64,000 nt of DNA from Eledone cirrhosa. Its lineage: Eukaryota. A program made the position numbers and the translations under genes. Location: the NCBI GenBank assembly GCA_964016885.1, contig OZ024756.1:7874001-7938000 (forward strand), written 5' to 3'. Under the pieces are notes generated by a model. It did no database searches and had not been told where the DNA came from. It worked only from the letters and a program-made list of their open reading frames with translations. Below are positions 44,401 through 60,900 of the stretch, piece after piece. The first letter of the stretch is position 1; each line of letters opens with the position of its first letter.

Positions 44401-47339
44401 TAATCTGTAGTCTTACTATATCACAGTCTCTACATTATCTAATCTATAGTCTTACTATATATATCACATTCTCTACATTATCTAATCTATAGTCTTACTA
44501 TATCACACTCTCTACATTATCTAATCTATATTCTTACTACATATATCACACTCTCTACATTATCTGATCTATAATCATACTATATATATCTCACTCTCTA
44601 CATTATCTAATCTATAGTCTTACTATATCGCACTCTCTACATTGTCTAATCTATAGTCTTACTATATGACACTCTCTACATTATCTAATCTATAGTCTTA
44701 CTATATCTCACTCTCTACATTATCTAATCTATAGTCTTACTATATCACAGTCTCTACTTTATCTAATCTATAGTCTTACTATATATATCACATTCTCTAC
44801 ATTATCTAATCTATAGTCTTACTATATCACACTCTCTACATTATCTAATCTATAGTCTTACTATATCTCACTCTCTACATTATCTAAACTATAGTCTTAC
44901 TATATCACAGTCTCTACATTATCTAATCTATTGTCTTACTATATATATCACACTCTCTACATTATCTACTCTATAGTCTTACTATATATATCACCCTCTA
45001 CATTATCTAATCTATAGTCTTACTATATATATCACACTCTCTACATTATCTAATCTATAGTCTTAATACATATATCACACTCTCTACAATATCTAATCTA
45101 TAGTCTTACTATATCAGACTCTCTACGTTATCTAGTCTATATTGTTGCTACATATATCACACTCTCTATATTATCTATTCTATAATCTTACTATATATAT
45201 CTCACTCTCTACATTATCTAATCTATAGTATTACTATATCACACTCTCTACATTAGTTATTCTATAGTCTTACTATATCACACTCTGTACATTATCTAAT
45301 CTATAGTCTTACTATATCGCACTCTCTACATTATCTAATCTATTGTCTTACTATATGACACTCTCTACATTATCTAATCTATAATATTACTATATCTCAC
45401 TCTGTACAATATCTAATCTATAGTCTTACTATATCACAGTCTCTACATTATCTAATCTATAGTCTTACTATATATATCACACTCTCTACATTATCTAATC
45501 TATAGTCTTTCTATATCACACTCTCTACATTATCTAATCTATCGTCTTACTAGATCACACTCTCAACATTATTTATTCTATAGTCTAACTATATCACACT
45601 CTGTACATTATCTAATCTATAGTCTTACTATATATAGCACACACTCTAAATTATCTAATCTATAGTCTTACTATATATATCACACTCTCTACATTATCTA
45701 ATATATAGTCTTACTATATCACAATCTCTACATCATCTAATCTATAGTCTTACTATATATATCTCACCCTCTACGTTATCTAATCTATAGTCTTACTATA
45801 TCACACTCTTTACATTATCTAATCTATAGTCTTACTATATATATCACACTCTTTACATTATCTAATCTATAGTCTTACTATATATATCACTGTCTACATT
45901 ATCTAATCTATAGTCTTACTATATATATCACACTCTCTACATTATCTAATCTATAGTCTTACTATATATATCCCACTCTCTTCATTATCTAATCTATAGT
46001 CTTACTATATCGCACTCTCTGCAATATCTAATCTATAATCTTACTATATCACACTCTCTACATTATCTAATCTATATTCTTACTACATATATCACACTCT
46101 CTACATTATCGAACTTATAATCTAACTATATATATCTCACTCTCTACATTATCTAATCTATAGTATTACTATATCACACTCTCTACATTATTTATTCTAT
46201 AGTCTTACTATATCACACTCTGTACATTATCTAATCTATAGTCTTACCATATCGCACTCTCTACATTGTCTAATCTATAGTCTTACTATATGACACTCTC
46301 TACATTATCTAATCTATAGTCTTACTATATCTCACTCTCTACATTATCTAATCTATAGTCTTACTATATCACAGTCACTACATTATCTAATCTATAGTCT
46401 TACTATATATATCACACTCTCTACATTATCTAATCTAGATGTCTTACTATATATATCACACTCTCTACATTATCTAATCTATAGACTTACTATATATATC
46501 ACACTCTCTACATTATCTAATCTATAGTTTTACTATATCTCACTCTCTACATTATCTAATCTATAGTCTTACTATATCACAGTCTGTCCATTATCTAATC
46601 TATAGTCTTACTATATATATCAGACTCTCTACATTATCTAATCTGTAGCCTTACTGTATCACACTTGCTACATTATCTAATCTAGATGTCTTACTATATA
46701 TATCACACTCTCTACATTATCTAATCTATAGAGTTACTATATATATCACACTCTCTACATTATCTAATCTATAGTTCTACTATATCGCACTCTCTACATT
46801 ATCTAATCTATAGTCTTACTATATCACATTCTCTACATTATCTAATCTATACCCTTACTATATATATCACACTCTCTACATTATCTATTCTATAGTCTTA
46901 CTATATATATCACACTCTCTACATTATCTAATCTATAGTCTTACTATATATATCACCCTCTACATTATCAAATCTATAGTCTTACTATATATATCACACT
47001 CTCTACATTATCTAATCTATAGTCTTACTACATATATCACACTCTCTACATTATCTAATCTATAGTGTTGCTACATATATCACACTCTCTACAATATCTA
47101 ATATATAGCCTTACTATATCACACTCTCTACATTATCTAATCTATATTCTTACTACATATATCACACTCTCTACATTATCTGATCTATAATCTTACTATA
47201 TATATCTCACTCTCTACATTATCTAATCTATTGTATTACTATATCACACTCTCTACATTATTTATTCTATAGTCTTACTATATCACACTCTGTACATTAT
47301 CTAATCTATAGTCTTACTATATCGCACTCTCTACATTGT

Positions 47340-50300
47340 CTAATCTATAGTCTTACTATATGACACTCTCTACATTATCTAATCTATAGTCTTACTATAT
47401 CTCACTCTCTACATTATCTAATCTATAGTCTTACTATATCACAGTCTCTACTTTATCTAATCTATAGTCTTACTATATATATCACATTCTCTACATTATC
47501 TAATCTATAGTCTTACTATATCACACTCTCTACATTATCTAAACTATAGTCTTACTATATCTCACTCTCTACATTATCTAAACTATAGTCTTACTATATC
47601 ACAGTCTCTACATTATCTAATCTATTGTCTTACTATATATATCACACTCTCTACATTCATCTACTCTATAGTCTTACTATATATATCACCCTCTACATTA
47701 TCTAATCTATAGTCTTACTATATATATCACACTCTCTACATTATCTAATCTATAGTCTTACTACATATATCACACTCTCTACAATATCTAATCTATAGTC
47801 TTACTATATCACACTCTCTACATTATCTAATCTATATTCTTGCTACATATATCACACTCTCTACATTATCTATTCTATAATCTTACTATATATATCTCAC
47901 TCTCTACATTATCTAATCTATAGTATTACTATATCACACTCTCTACATTACTTATTCTATAGTCTTACTATATCACACTCTGTACATTATCTAATCTATA
48001 GACTTACTATATCGCACTCTCTACATTATCTAATCTATTGCCTTACTATATGGCACTCTCTACATTATCTAATCTATAATCTTACTATATCTCACTCTGT
48101 ACAATATCTAATCTATAGTCTTACTATATCACAGTCTCTACATTATCTAATCTATAGTCTTACTATATATATCACACTCTCTACATTATCTAATCTATAG
48201 TCTTACTATATCACACTCTCTACATTATCTAATCTATCGTCTTACTATATCACACTCTCAACATTATTTATTCTATAGTCTAACTATATCACACTCTGTA
48301 AATTATCTAATCTATAGTCTTACTATATATAGTACACACTCTAAATTATCTAATCTATAGTCTTACTATATATATCACACTCTCTAAATTATCTAATATA
48401 TAGTCTTATTATATCACAATCTCTACATCATCTAATCTATAGTCTTACTATATATATCTCACCCTCTACATTATCTCATCTATAGTCTTACTATATCACA
48501 CTCTTTACATTATCTAATCTATAGTCTTACTATATATATCACACTCTTTACATTATCTAATCTATAGTCTTACTATATATATCACACTCTTTACATTATG
48601 TAATCTATAGTCTTACTATATATATCACTGTCTACATTATCTAATCTATAGTCTTACTATATATATCCCACTCTCTTCATTATCTAATCTATAGTCTTAC
48701 TATATCGCACTCTCTACAATATCTAATCTATAATCTTACTATATCACACTCTCTACATTATCTAATCTATATTCTTACTACATATATCACACTCTCTACA
48801 TTATCGAACTTATAATCTTACTATATATATCTCACTCTCTACATTATCTAATCTATAGTATTTCTATATCACACTCTCTACATTATTTATTCTATAGTCT
48901 TACTATATCACACTCTGTACATTATCTAATCTATAGTCTTACCATATCGCACTCTTTACATTGTCTAATCTATAGTCTTACTATATGACACTCTCTACAT
49001 TATCTAATCTATAATCTTACTATATCTCACTCTCTACATTATCTAATCTATAGTCTTACTATATCACAGTCTCTACATTATCTAATTTATAGTCTTACTA
49101 TATATATCACACTCTCTACATTATCTAATCTAGATGTCTTACTATATATATCACACTCCCTACATTATCTAATCTATAGACTTACTATATATATCACACT
49201 CTCTACATTATCTAATCTATAGTTTTACTATAGCGCACTCTCTACATTATCTAATCTATAGTCTTACTATATCACACTCTCTACATTATCTAATCTATAT
49301 TCTTACTACATATATCAAACTCTCTACATTATCTAATCTATAATCTTACTATATATATCTCACTCACTACATTATCTAATCTAAAGTATTACTATATCAC
49401 ACTCTCTACATTATCTAATCTATAGTCTTACTTTATCTCACTCTCTACATTATCTAATCTATAGTCTCACTATATCACAGTCTCTACATTATCTAATCTA
49501 TTGTCTTACTATATATATCACACTCTCTACATTATCTAATCTATAGTCTTACTATATCACACTCTCTACATTATCTAATCTAGATGTCTTACTATATATA
49601 TCACACTCTCTACATTATCTAATCTTTAGTCTTACTATATCACCCTTTCTACATTATCTAATCTACAGTCTAAATATATCTCACTCTCTACATTATCTAA
49701 TCTATAGACTTAGTATATTTATCACACTCACTACATAATCTAATCTATAGTCTTCCTATATCACATTCTCTACATTATCTAATCTATAGTCTTAATATAT
49801 ATCACTCTCTACATTATCTAATCTATAGTCTTACTACATATATCACACTCTCTACATTATCTAATCTATAGTCTTACTATATATATCTCACTCTCTACAT
49901 TATCTAATCTACAGTCTTACTATATCAAACTCTCAACATTGTTTATACTATAGTCTAACTATATCACACTCTCTGCATTATCTAATCTATAGTCTTACTA
50001 TATATATCACACTCTCTACATTATCTACTATATAGTCTTACTATATCACAATCTCTACATCATCTAATCTATGGTCTTACTGTATATATCTCATCTTCTA
50101 CATTATCTAATCTATAGTCTTACTATATCACACAATCTACATTATCTAATCTAGATATCTTACTATATATATCACACTCTCTACATTATCTAATCTATAG
50201 TTTTACTATATCGCACCCTCTACATTATCTAATCTATAGTCTTACTATATCACACTCTCTACATTATCTAATCTAAAGTCTTACTACATATATCACACTC

Positions 50301-53300
50301 TCTACATTATCTATTCTATAGTCTTACTATATATATATCACCCTCTACATTATCTAATCTATAGTCTTACTATATATATCACACTCTCTACATTATCTAA
50401 TCTATAGTGTTACTACATATATCACACTCTCTACATTATCTAATCTATAATCTTACTATATATATCTCACTCTCTACATTATCTAATCTATAGTTTTATT
50501 ATATCGCACTCTCTACATTATCTAATCTGTAGTCTTACTATATATATCACACTCTCTACATTATCTATTCTATAGTCTTACTCTATATATCACACTCTCT
50601 ACATTATCTAATCGATAGTCTTACTATATATATCACCTTCTACATTACCTAATCTATAGTCTTACTATATATATCACACTCTCTACATTATCTAATCTAT
50701 AGTGTTACTACATATATCACACCCTCTACAATATCTAATCTATAATCTTACTATATCACACTCTCTACATTATCTAATCTATATTCTTACTACATATATC
50801 ACACTCTCTACATTATGTAATCTATAATCTTACCATATATATCACACTCTCTACATTATCTAATCTATAGTCTTACTATATGACACTCTCTACATTATCT
50901 AATCTATAGTCTTACTATATCTCACTCTCTACATTATCTAATCTATAGTCTTACTATATCACAGTCTCTACTTTATCTAATCTATAGTCTTACTATATAT
51001 ATCACATTCTCTACATTATCTAATCTATAGTCTTACTATATCACACTCTCTACATTATCTAAACTATAGTCTTACTATATCTCACTCTCTACATTATCTA
51101 AACTATAGTCTTACTATATCACAGTCTCTACATTATCTAATCTATTGTCTTACTATATATATCACACTCTCTACATTCATCTACTCTATAGTCTTACTAT
51201 ATATATCACCCTCTACATTATCTAATCTATAGTCTTACTATATATATCACACTCTCTACATTATCTAATCTATAGTCTTACTACATATATCACACTCTCT
51301 ACAATATCTAATCTATAGTCTTACTATATCACACTCTCTACATTATCTAATCTATATTCTTGCTACATATATCACACTCTCTACATTATCTATTCTATAA
51401 TCTTACTATATATATCTCACTCTCTACATTATCTAATCTATAGTATTACTATATCACACTCTCTACATTACTTATTCTATAGTCTTACTATATCACACTC
51501 TGTACATTATCTAATCTATAGACTTACTATATCGCATTCTCTACATTATCTAATCTATTGCCTTACTATATGGCACTCTCTACATTATCTAATCTATAAT
51601 CTTACTATATCTCACTCTGTACAATATCTAATCTATAGTCTTACTATATCACAGTCTCTACATTATCTAATCTATAGTCTTACTATATATATCACACTCT
51701 CTACATTATCTAATCTATAGTCTTACTATATCACACTCTCTACATTATCTAATCTATCGTCTTACTATATCACACTCTCAACATTATTTATTCTATAGTC
51801 TAACTATATCACACTCTGTAAATTATCTAATCTATAGTCTTACTATATATAGTACACACTCTAAATTATCTAATCTATAGTCTTACTATATATATCACAC
51901 TCTCTAAATTATCTAATATATAGTCTTATTATATCACAATCTCTACATCATCTAATCTATAGTCTTACTATATATATCTCACCCTCTACATTATCTCATC
52001 TATAGTCTTACTATATCACACTCTTTACATTATCTAATCTATAGTCTTACTATATATATCACACTCTTTACATTATCTAATCTATAGTCTTACTATATAT
52101 ATCACACTCTTTACATTATGTAATCTATAGTCTTACTATATATATCACTGTCTACATTATCTAATCTATAGTCTTACTATATATATCCCACTCTCTTCAT
52201 TATCTAATCTATAGTCTTACTATATCGCACTCTCTACAATATCTAATCTATAATCTTACTATATCACACTCTCTACATTATCTAATCTATATTCTTACTA
52301 CATATATCACACTCTCTACATTATCGAACTTATAATCTTACTATATATATCTCACTCTCTACATTATCTAATCTATAGTATTTCTATATCACACTCTCTA
52401 CATTATTTATTCTATAGTCTTACTATATCACACTCTGTACATTATCTAATCTATAGTCTTACCATATCGCACTCTTTACATTGTCTAATCTATAGTCTTA
52501 CTATATGACACTCTCTACATTATCTAATCTATAATCTTACTATATCTCACTCTCTACATTATCTAATCTATAGTCTTACTATATCACAGTCTCTACATTA
52601 TCTAATTTATAGTCTTACTATATATATCACACTCTCTACATTATCTAATCTAGATGTCTTACTATATATATCACACTCCCTACATTATCTAATCTATAGA
52701 CTTACTATATATATCACACTCTCTACATTATCTAATCTATAGTTTTACTATAGCGCACTCTCTACATTATCTAATCTATAGTCTTACTATATCACACTCT
52801 CTACATTATCTAATCTATATTCTTACTACATATATCAAACTCTCTACATTATCTAATCTATAATCTTACTATATATATCTCACTCACTACATTATCTAAT
52901 CTAAAGTATTACTATATCACACTCTCTACATTATCTAATCTATAGTCTTACTTTATCTCACTCTCTACATTATCTAATCTATAGTCTCACTATATCACAG
53001 TCTCTACATTATCTAATCTATTGTCTTACTATATATATCACACTCTCTACATTATCTAATCTATAGTCTTACTATATCACACTCTCTACATTATCTAATC
53101 TAGATGTCTTACTATATATATCACACTCTCTACATTATCTAATCTTTAGTCTTACTATATCACCCTTTCTACATTATCTAATCTACAGTCTAAATATATC
53201 TCACTCTCTACATTATCTAATCTATAGTCTTAGTATATTTATCACACTCACTACATAATCTAATCTATAGTCTTCCTATATCACATTCTCTACATTATCT

Positions 53301-56300
53301 AATCTATAGTCTTAATATATATCACTCTCTACATTATCTAATCTATAGTCTTACTACATATATCACACTCTCTACATTATCTAATCTATAGTCTTACTAT
53401 ATATATCTCACTCTCTACATTATCTAATCTACAGTCTTACTATATCAAACTCTCAACATTGTTTATACTATAGTCTAACTATATCACACTCTCTGCATTA
53501 TCTAATCTATAGTCTTACTATATATATCACACTCTCTACATTATCTACTATATAGACTTACTATATCACAATCTCTACATCATCTAATCTATGGTCTTAC
53601 TGTATATATCTCATCTTCTACATTATCTCATCTATAGTCTTACTATATCACACAATCTACATTATCTAATCTAGATATCTTACTATATATATCACACTCT
53701 CTACATTATCTAATCTATAGTTTTACTATATCGCACCCTCTACATTATCTAATCTATAGTCTTACTATATCACACTCTATACATTATCTAATCTATAGTC
53801 TTACTACATATATCACACTCTCTACATTATCTATTCTATAGTCTTACTATATATATATCACCCTCTACATTATCTAATCTATAGTCTTACTATATATATC
53901 ACACTCTCTACATTATCTAATCTATAGTGTTACTACATATATCACACTCTCTACATTATCTAATCTATAATCTTACTATATATATCTCACTCTCTACATT
54001 ATCTAATCTATAGTTTTATTATATCGCACTCTCTACATTATCTAATCTGTAGTCTTACTATATATATCACACTCTCTACATTATCTATTCTATAGTCTTA
54101 CTCTATATATCACACTCTCTACATTATCTAATCGATAGTCTTACTATATATATCACCTTCTACATTACCTAATCTATAGTCTTACTATATATATCACACT
54201 CTCTACATTATCTAATCTATAGTGTTACTACATATATCACACCCTCTACAATATCTAATCTATAATCTTACTATATCACACTCTCTACATTATCTAATCT
54301 ATATTCTTACTACATATATCACACTCTCTACATTATGTAATCTATAATCTTACCATATATATCTCACTCTCTACATTATCTAATCTATAGTCTTACTATA
54401 TGACACTCTCTACATTATCTAATCTATAGTCTTACTATATCTCACTCTCTACATTATCTAATCTATAGTCTTACTATATCACAGTCTCTACTTTATCTAA
54501 TCTATAGTCTTACTATATATATCACATTCTCTACATTATCTAATCTATAGTCTTACTATATCACACTCTCTACATTATCTAAACTATAGTCTTACTATAT
54601 CTCACTCTCTACATTATCTAAACTATAGTCTTACTATATCACAGTCTCTACATTATCTAATCTATTGTCTTACTATATATATCACACTCTCTACATTCAT
54701 CTACTCTATAGTCTTACTATATATATCACCCTCTACATTATCTAATCTATAGTCTTACTATATATATCACACTCTCTACATTATCTAATCTATAGTCTTA
54801 CTACATATATCACACTCTCTACAATATCTAATCTATAGTCTTACTATATCACACTCTCTACATTATCTAATCTATATTCTTGCTACATATATCACACTCT
54901 CTACATTATCTATTCTATAATCTTACTATATATATCTCACTCTCTACATTATCTAATCTATAGTATTACTATATCACACTCTCTACATTACTTATTCTAT
55001 AGTCTTACTATATCACACTCTGTACATTATCTAATCTATAGACTTACTATATCGCACTCTCTACATTATCTAATCTATTGCCTTACTATATGGCACTCTC
55101 TACATTATCTAATCTATAATCTTACTATATCTCACTCTGTACAATATCTAATCTATAGTCTTACTATATCACAGTCTCTACATTATCTAATCTATAGTCT
55201 TACTATATATATCACACTCTCTACATTATCTAATCTATAGTCTTACTATATCACACTCTCTACATTATCTAATCTATCGTCTTACTATATCACACTCTCA
55301 ACATTATTTATTCTATAGTCTAACTATATCACACTCTGTAAATTATCTAATCTATAGTCTTACTATATATAGTACACACTCTAAATTATCTAATCTATAG
55401 TCTTACTATATATATCACACTCTCTAAATTATCTAATATATAGTCTTATTATATCACAATCTCTACATCATCTAATCTATAGTCTTACTATATATATCTC
55501 ACCCTCTACATTATCTCATCTATAGTCTTACTATATCACACTCTTTACATTATCTAATCTATAGTCTTACTATATATATCACACTCTTTACATTATCTAA
55601 TCTATAGTCTTACTATATATATCACACTCTTTACATTATGTAATCTATAGTCTTACTATATATATCACTGTCTACATTATCTAATCTATAGTCTTACTAT
55701 ATATATCCCACTCTCTTCATTATCTAATCTATAGTCTTACTATATCGCACTCTCTACAATATCTAATCTATAATCTTACTATATCACACTCTCTACATTA
55801 TCTAATCTATATTCTTACTACATATATCACACTCTCTACATTATCGAACTTATAATCTTACTATATATATCTCACTCTCTACATTATCTAATCTATAGTA
55901 TTTCTATATCACACTCTCTACATTATTTATTCTATAGTCTTACTATATCACACTCTGTACATTATCTAATCTATAGTCTTACCATATCGCACTCTTTACA
56001 TTGTCTAATCTATAGTCTTACTATATGACACTCTCTACATTATCTAATCTATAATCTTACTATATCTCACTCTCTACATTATCTAATCTATAGTCTTACT
56101 ATATCACAGTCTCTACATTATCTAATTTATAGTCTTACTATATATATCACACTCTCTACATTATCTAATCTAGATGTCTTACTATATATATCACACTCCC
56201 TACATTATCTAATCTATAGACTTACTATATATATCACACTCTCTACATTATCTAATCTATAGTTTTACTATAGCGCACTCTCTACATTATCTAATCTATA

Positions 56301-57910
56301 GTCTTACTATATCACACTCTCTACATTATCTAATCTATATTCTTACTACATATATCAAACTCTCTACATTATCTAATCTATAATCTTACTATATATATCT
56401 CACTCACTACATTATCTAATCTAAAGTATTACTATATCACACTCTCTACATTATCTAATCTATAGTCTTACTTTATCTCACTCTCTACATTATCTAATCT
56501 ATAGTCTCACTATATCACAGTCTCTACATTATCTAATCTATTGTCTTACTATATATATCAGACTCTCTACATTATCTAATCTATAGTCTTACTATATCAC
56601 ACTCTCTACATTATCTAATCTAGATGTCTTACTATATATATCACACTCTCTACATTATCTAATCTTTAGTCTTACTATATCACCCTTTCTACATTATCTA
56701 ATCTACAGTCTAAATATATCTCACTCTCTACATTATCTAATCTATAGTCTTAGTATATTTATCACACTCACTACATAATCTAATCTATAGTCTTCCTATA
56801 TCACATTCTCTACATTATCTAATCTATAGTCTTAATATATATCACTCTCTACATTATCTAATCTATAGTCTTACTACATATATCACACTCTCTACATTAT
56901 CTAATCTATAGTCTTACTATATATATCTCACTCTCTACATTATCTAATCTACAGTCTTACTATATCAAACTCTCAACATTGTTTATACTATAGTCTAACT
57001 ATATCACACTCTCTGCATTATCTAATCTATAGTCTTACTATATATATCACACTCTCTACATTATCTACTATATAGTCTTACTATATCACAATCTCTACAT
57101 CATCTAATCTATGGTCTTACTGTATATATCTCATCTTCTACATTATCTAATCTATAGTCTTACTATATCACACAATCTACATTATCTAATCTAGATATCT
57201 TACTATATATATCACACTCTCTACATTATCTAATCTATAGTTTTACTATATCGCACCCTCTACATTATCTAATCTATAGTCTTACTATATCACACTCTCT
57301 ACATTATCTAATCTATAGTCTTACTACATATATCACACTCTCTACATTATCTATTCTATAGTCTTACTATATATATATCACCCTCTACATTATCTAATCT
57401 ATAGTCTTACTATATATATCACACTCTCTACATTATCTAATCTATAGTGTTACTACATATATCACACTCTCTACATTATCTAATCTATAATCTTACTATA
57501 TATATCTCACTCTCTACATTATCTAATCTATAGTTTTATTATATCGCACTCTCTACATTATCTAATCTGTAGTCTTACTATATATATCACACTCTCTACA
57601 TTATCTATTCTATAGTCTTACTCTATATATCACACTCTCTACATTATCTAATCGATAGTCTTACTATATATATCACCTTCTACATTACCTAATCTATAGT
57701 CTTACTATATATATCACACTCTCTACATTATCTAATCTATAGTGTTACTACATATATCACACCCTCTACAATATCTAATCTATAATCTTACTATATCACA
57801 CTCTCTACATTATCTAATCTATATTCTTACTACATATATCACACTCTCTACATTATGTAATCTATAATCTTACCATATATATCTCACTCTCTACATTATC
57901 TAATCTATAG
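47340..57910. repeat. Higher-order repeat, 3 x 3,520 bp, near-identical
   Basis: The unique marker CTACATTCAT occurs at 47651, 51171 and 54691 (offsets 3,520 and 3,520). Other rare variants follow in register, with only isolated differences (e.g. ~49709, ~50276, ~51537, ~56561). Confidence 0.93.
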
Positions 57911-57914
57911 TATT

Positions 57915-60900
57915 ACTATATCACACTCTCTACATTATTTATTCTATAGTCTTACAATATCACACTCTGTACATTATCTAATCTATAGTCTTACTATATC
58001 ACACTCTCTACATTGTCTAATCTATAGTCTTACTATATGACACTCTCTACATTATCTAATCTATAGTCTTACTATATCTCACTCTCTACATTATCTATTC
58101 TATAGTCTTACTATATCACAGTCTCTACATTATCTAATCTATAGTCGTACTATATCACACTCTCTACATTACCTAATCTAGATGTCTTACTATATATATC
58201 ACACTCTCTACATTATCTAACCTATAGAATTACTATATATATCACACTCTCTACATTATCTAATCTATAGTTTTAATATATCGTACTCTCTACATTATCT
58301 AATCTATAGTCTTCTTATATATATCTCACCCTCTACATTATCTAATCTATAGTCTTACTATATCACACTCTTTACATTATCTAATCTATAGTCTTACTAT
58401 ATATATCACACTCTCTACATTATCTAATCTATAGTCTTACTATATATATCCCACTCTCTTCATTATCTAATCTATAGTCTTACTATATCGCACTCTCTAC
58501 AATATCTAATCTATAATCTTACTATATCACACTCTCTACATTATCTAATCTATATTCTTACTACATATATCACACTCTCTACATTATCGAACTTATAATC
58601 TTACTATATATATCTCACTCTCTACATTAACTAATCTATAGTATTACTATATCACACACTCTACATTATTTATTCTATAGTCTTACTATATCACACTCTG
58701 TACATTATCTAATCTATAGTCTTACCATATCGCACTCTCTACATTGTCTAATCTATAGTCTTACTATATGACACTCTCTACATTATCTAATCTATAGTCT
58801 TACTATATCTCACTCTCTAATTTATCTAATCTATAGTCTTACTATATCACAGTCTCTCCATTATCTAATCTATAGTCTTACTATATATATCACACTCTCT
58901 ACATTATATAATCTATAGCCTTACTGTATCACACTCGCTACATTATCTAATCTAGATGTCTTACTATATATATCACACTCTCTACATTATCTAATCTATA
59001 GAGTTACTATATATATCACACTCTCTACATTATCTAATCTATAGTTTTACTATATCGCACTCTCTACATTATCTAATCTATAGTCTTACTATATCACATT
59101 CTCTACATTATCTAATCTATACCCTTACTATATATATCACACTCTCTACATTATCTATTCTATAGTCTTACTATATATATCACACTCTCTACATTATCTA
59201 ATCTATAGTCTTACTATATATATCACCCTCTACATTATCTAATCTATAGTCTTACTATATATATCACACTCTCTACATTATCTAATCTATAGTGTTGCTA
59301 CATATATCACACTCTTTACAATATCTAATATATAGTCTTACTATATCACACTCTCTACATTATCTAATCTATATTCTTACTACATATATCACACTCTCTA
59401 CATTATCTGATCTATAATCTTACTATATATATCTCACTCTCTACATTATCTAATCTATAGTATTACTATATCACACTCTCTACATTATTTATTCTATAGT
59501 CTTACTATATCACACTCTGTACATTATCTAATCTATAGTCTTACTATATATATCCAACTCTCTTCATTATCTAATCTATAGTCTTACTATATCGCACTCT
59601 CTACAATATCTAATCTAAAATTTTACTATATCACACTCTCTACATTATCTAATCTATATTCTTACTACATATATCACACTCTCTACATTATCGAACTTAT
59701 AATCTTACTATATATATCTCACTCTCTACATTATCTAATCTATAGTATTACTATATCACACTCTCTACATTATTTATTCTATAGTCTTACTATATCACAC
59801 TCTGTACATTATCTAATCTATAGTCTTACCATATCGCACTCTCTACATTGTCTAATCTATAGTCTTACTATATGACACTCTCTACATTATCTAATCTATA
59901 GTCTTACTATATCTCACTCTCTACATTATCTAATCTATAATTTACTATATCACAGTCTCTACTTTATCTAATCTATAGTCTTACTATATATATCACATTC
60001 TCTACATTATCTAATCTATAGTCTTACTATATCACACTCTCTACATTATCTAATCTATAGTCTTACTATATCTCACTCTCTACATTATCTAAACTATAGT
60101 CTTACTATATCACAGTCTCTACATTATCTAATCTATTGTCTTACTATATATATCACACTCTCTACATTATCTACTCTATAGTCTTACTATATATATATCA
60201 CACTCTCTACATTATCTGATCGATAGTCTTACTATATATATCACCCTCTACATTATCTAATCTATAGTCTTACTATATATATCACAATCTCTACATTATC
60301 TAATCTATAGTGTTACTACATATATCACACCCTCTACAATATCTAATCTATAATCTTACTATATCACACTCTCTACATTATCTAATCTATATTCTTACTA
60401 CATATATCACACTCTCTACATTATCCAACTTATAATCTTACTATATATATCTCACTCTCTACATTATCTAATCTATAGTATTACTATATCACACTCTCTA
60501 CATTATTTATTCTATAGTCTTACTATATCACACTCTGTACATTATCTAATCTATAGGCTTACTATATCACACTCTCTACATTGTCTAATCTATAGTCTTA
60601 CTATATGACACTCTCTACATTATCTAATGTATAGTCTTACTATATCTCACTCTCTAAATTATCTATTCTATAGTCTTACTATATCACAGTCTCTACATTA
60701 TCTAATCTATAGTCTTACTATATATATCTCACTCTCTACATTATCTAATCTACAGTCTTACTATATCAAACTCACAACATTGTTTATACTATAGTCTAAC
60801 TATATCACACTCTCTGCATTATCTAATCTATAGTCTTACTATATATATCACACTCTCTACATTATCTACTATATAGTCTTACTATATCACAATCTCTACA

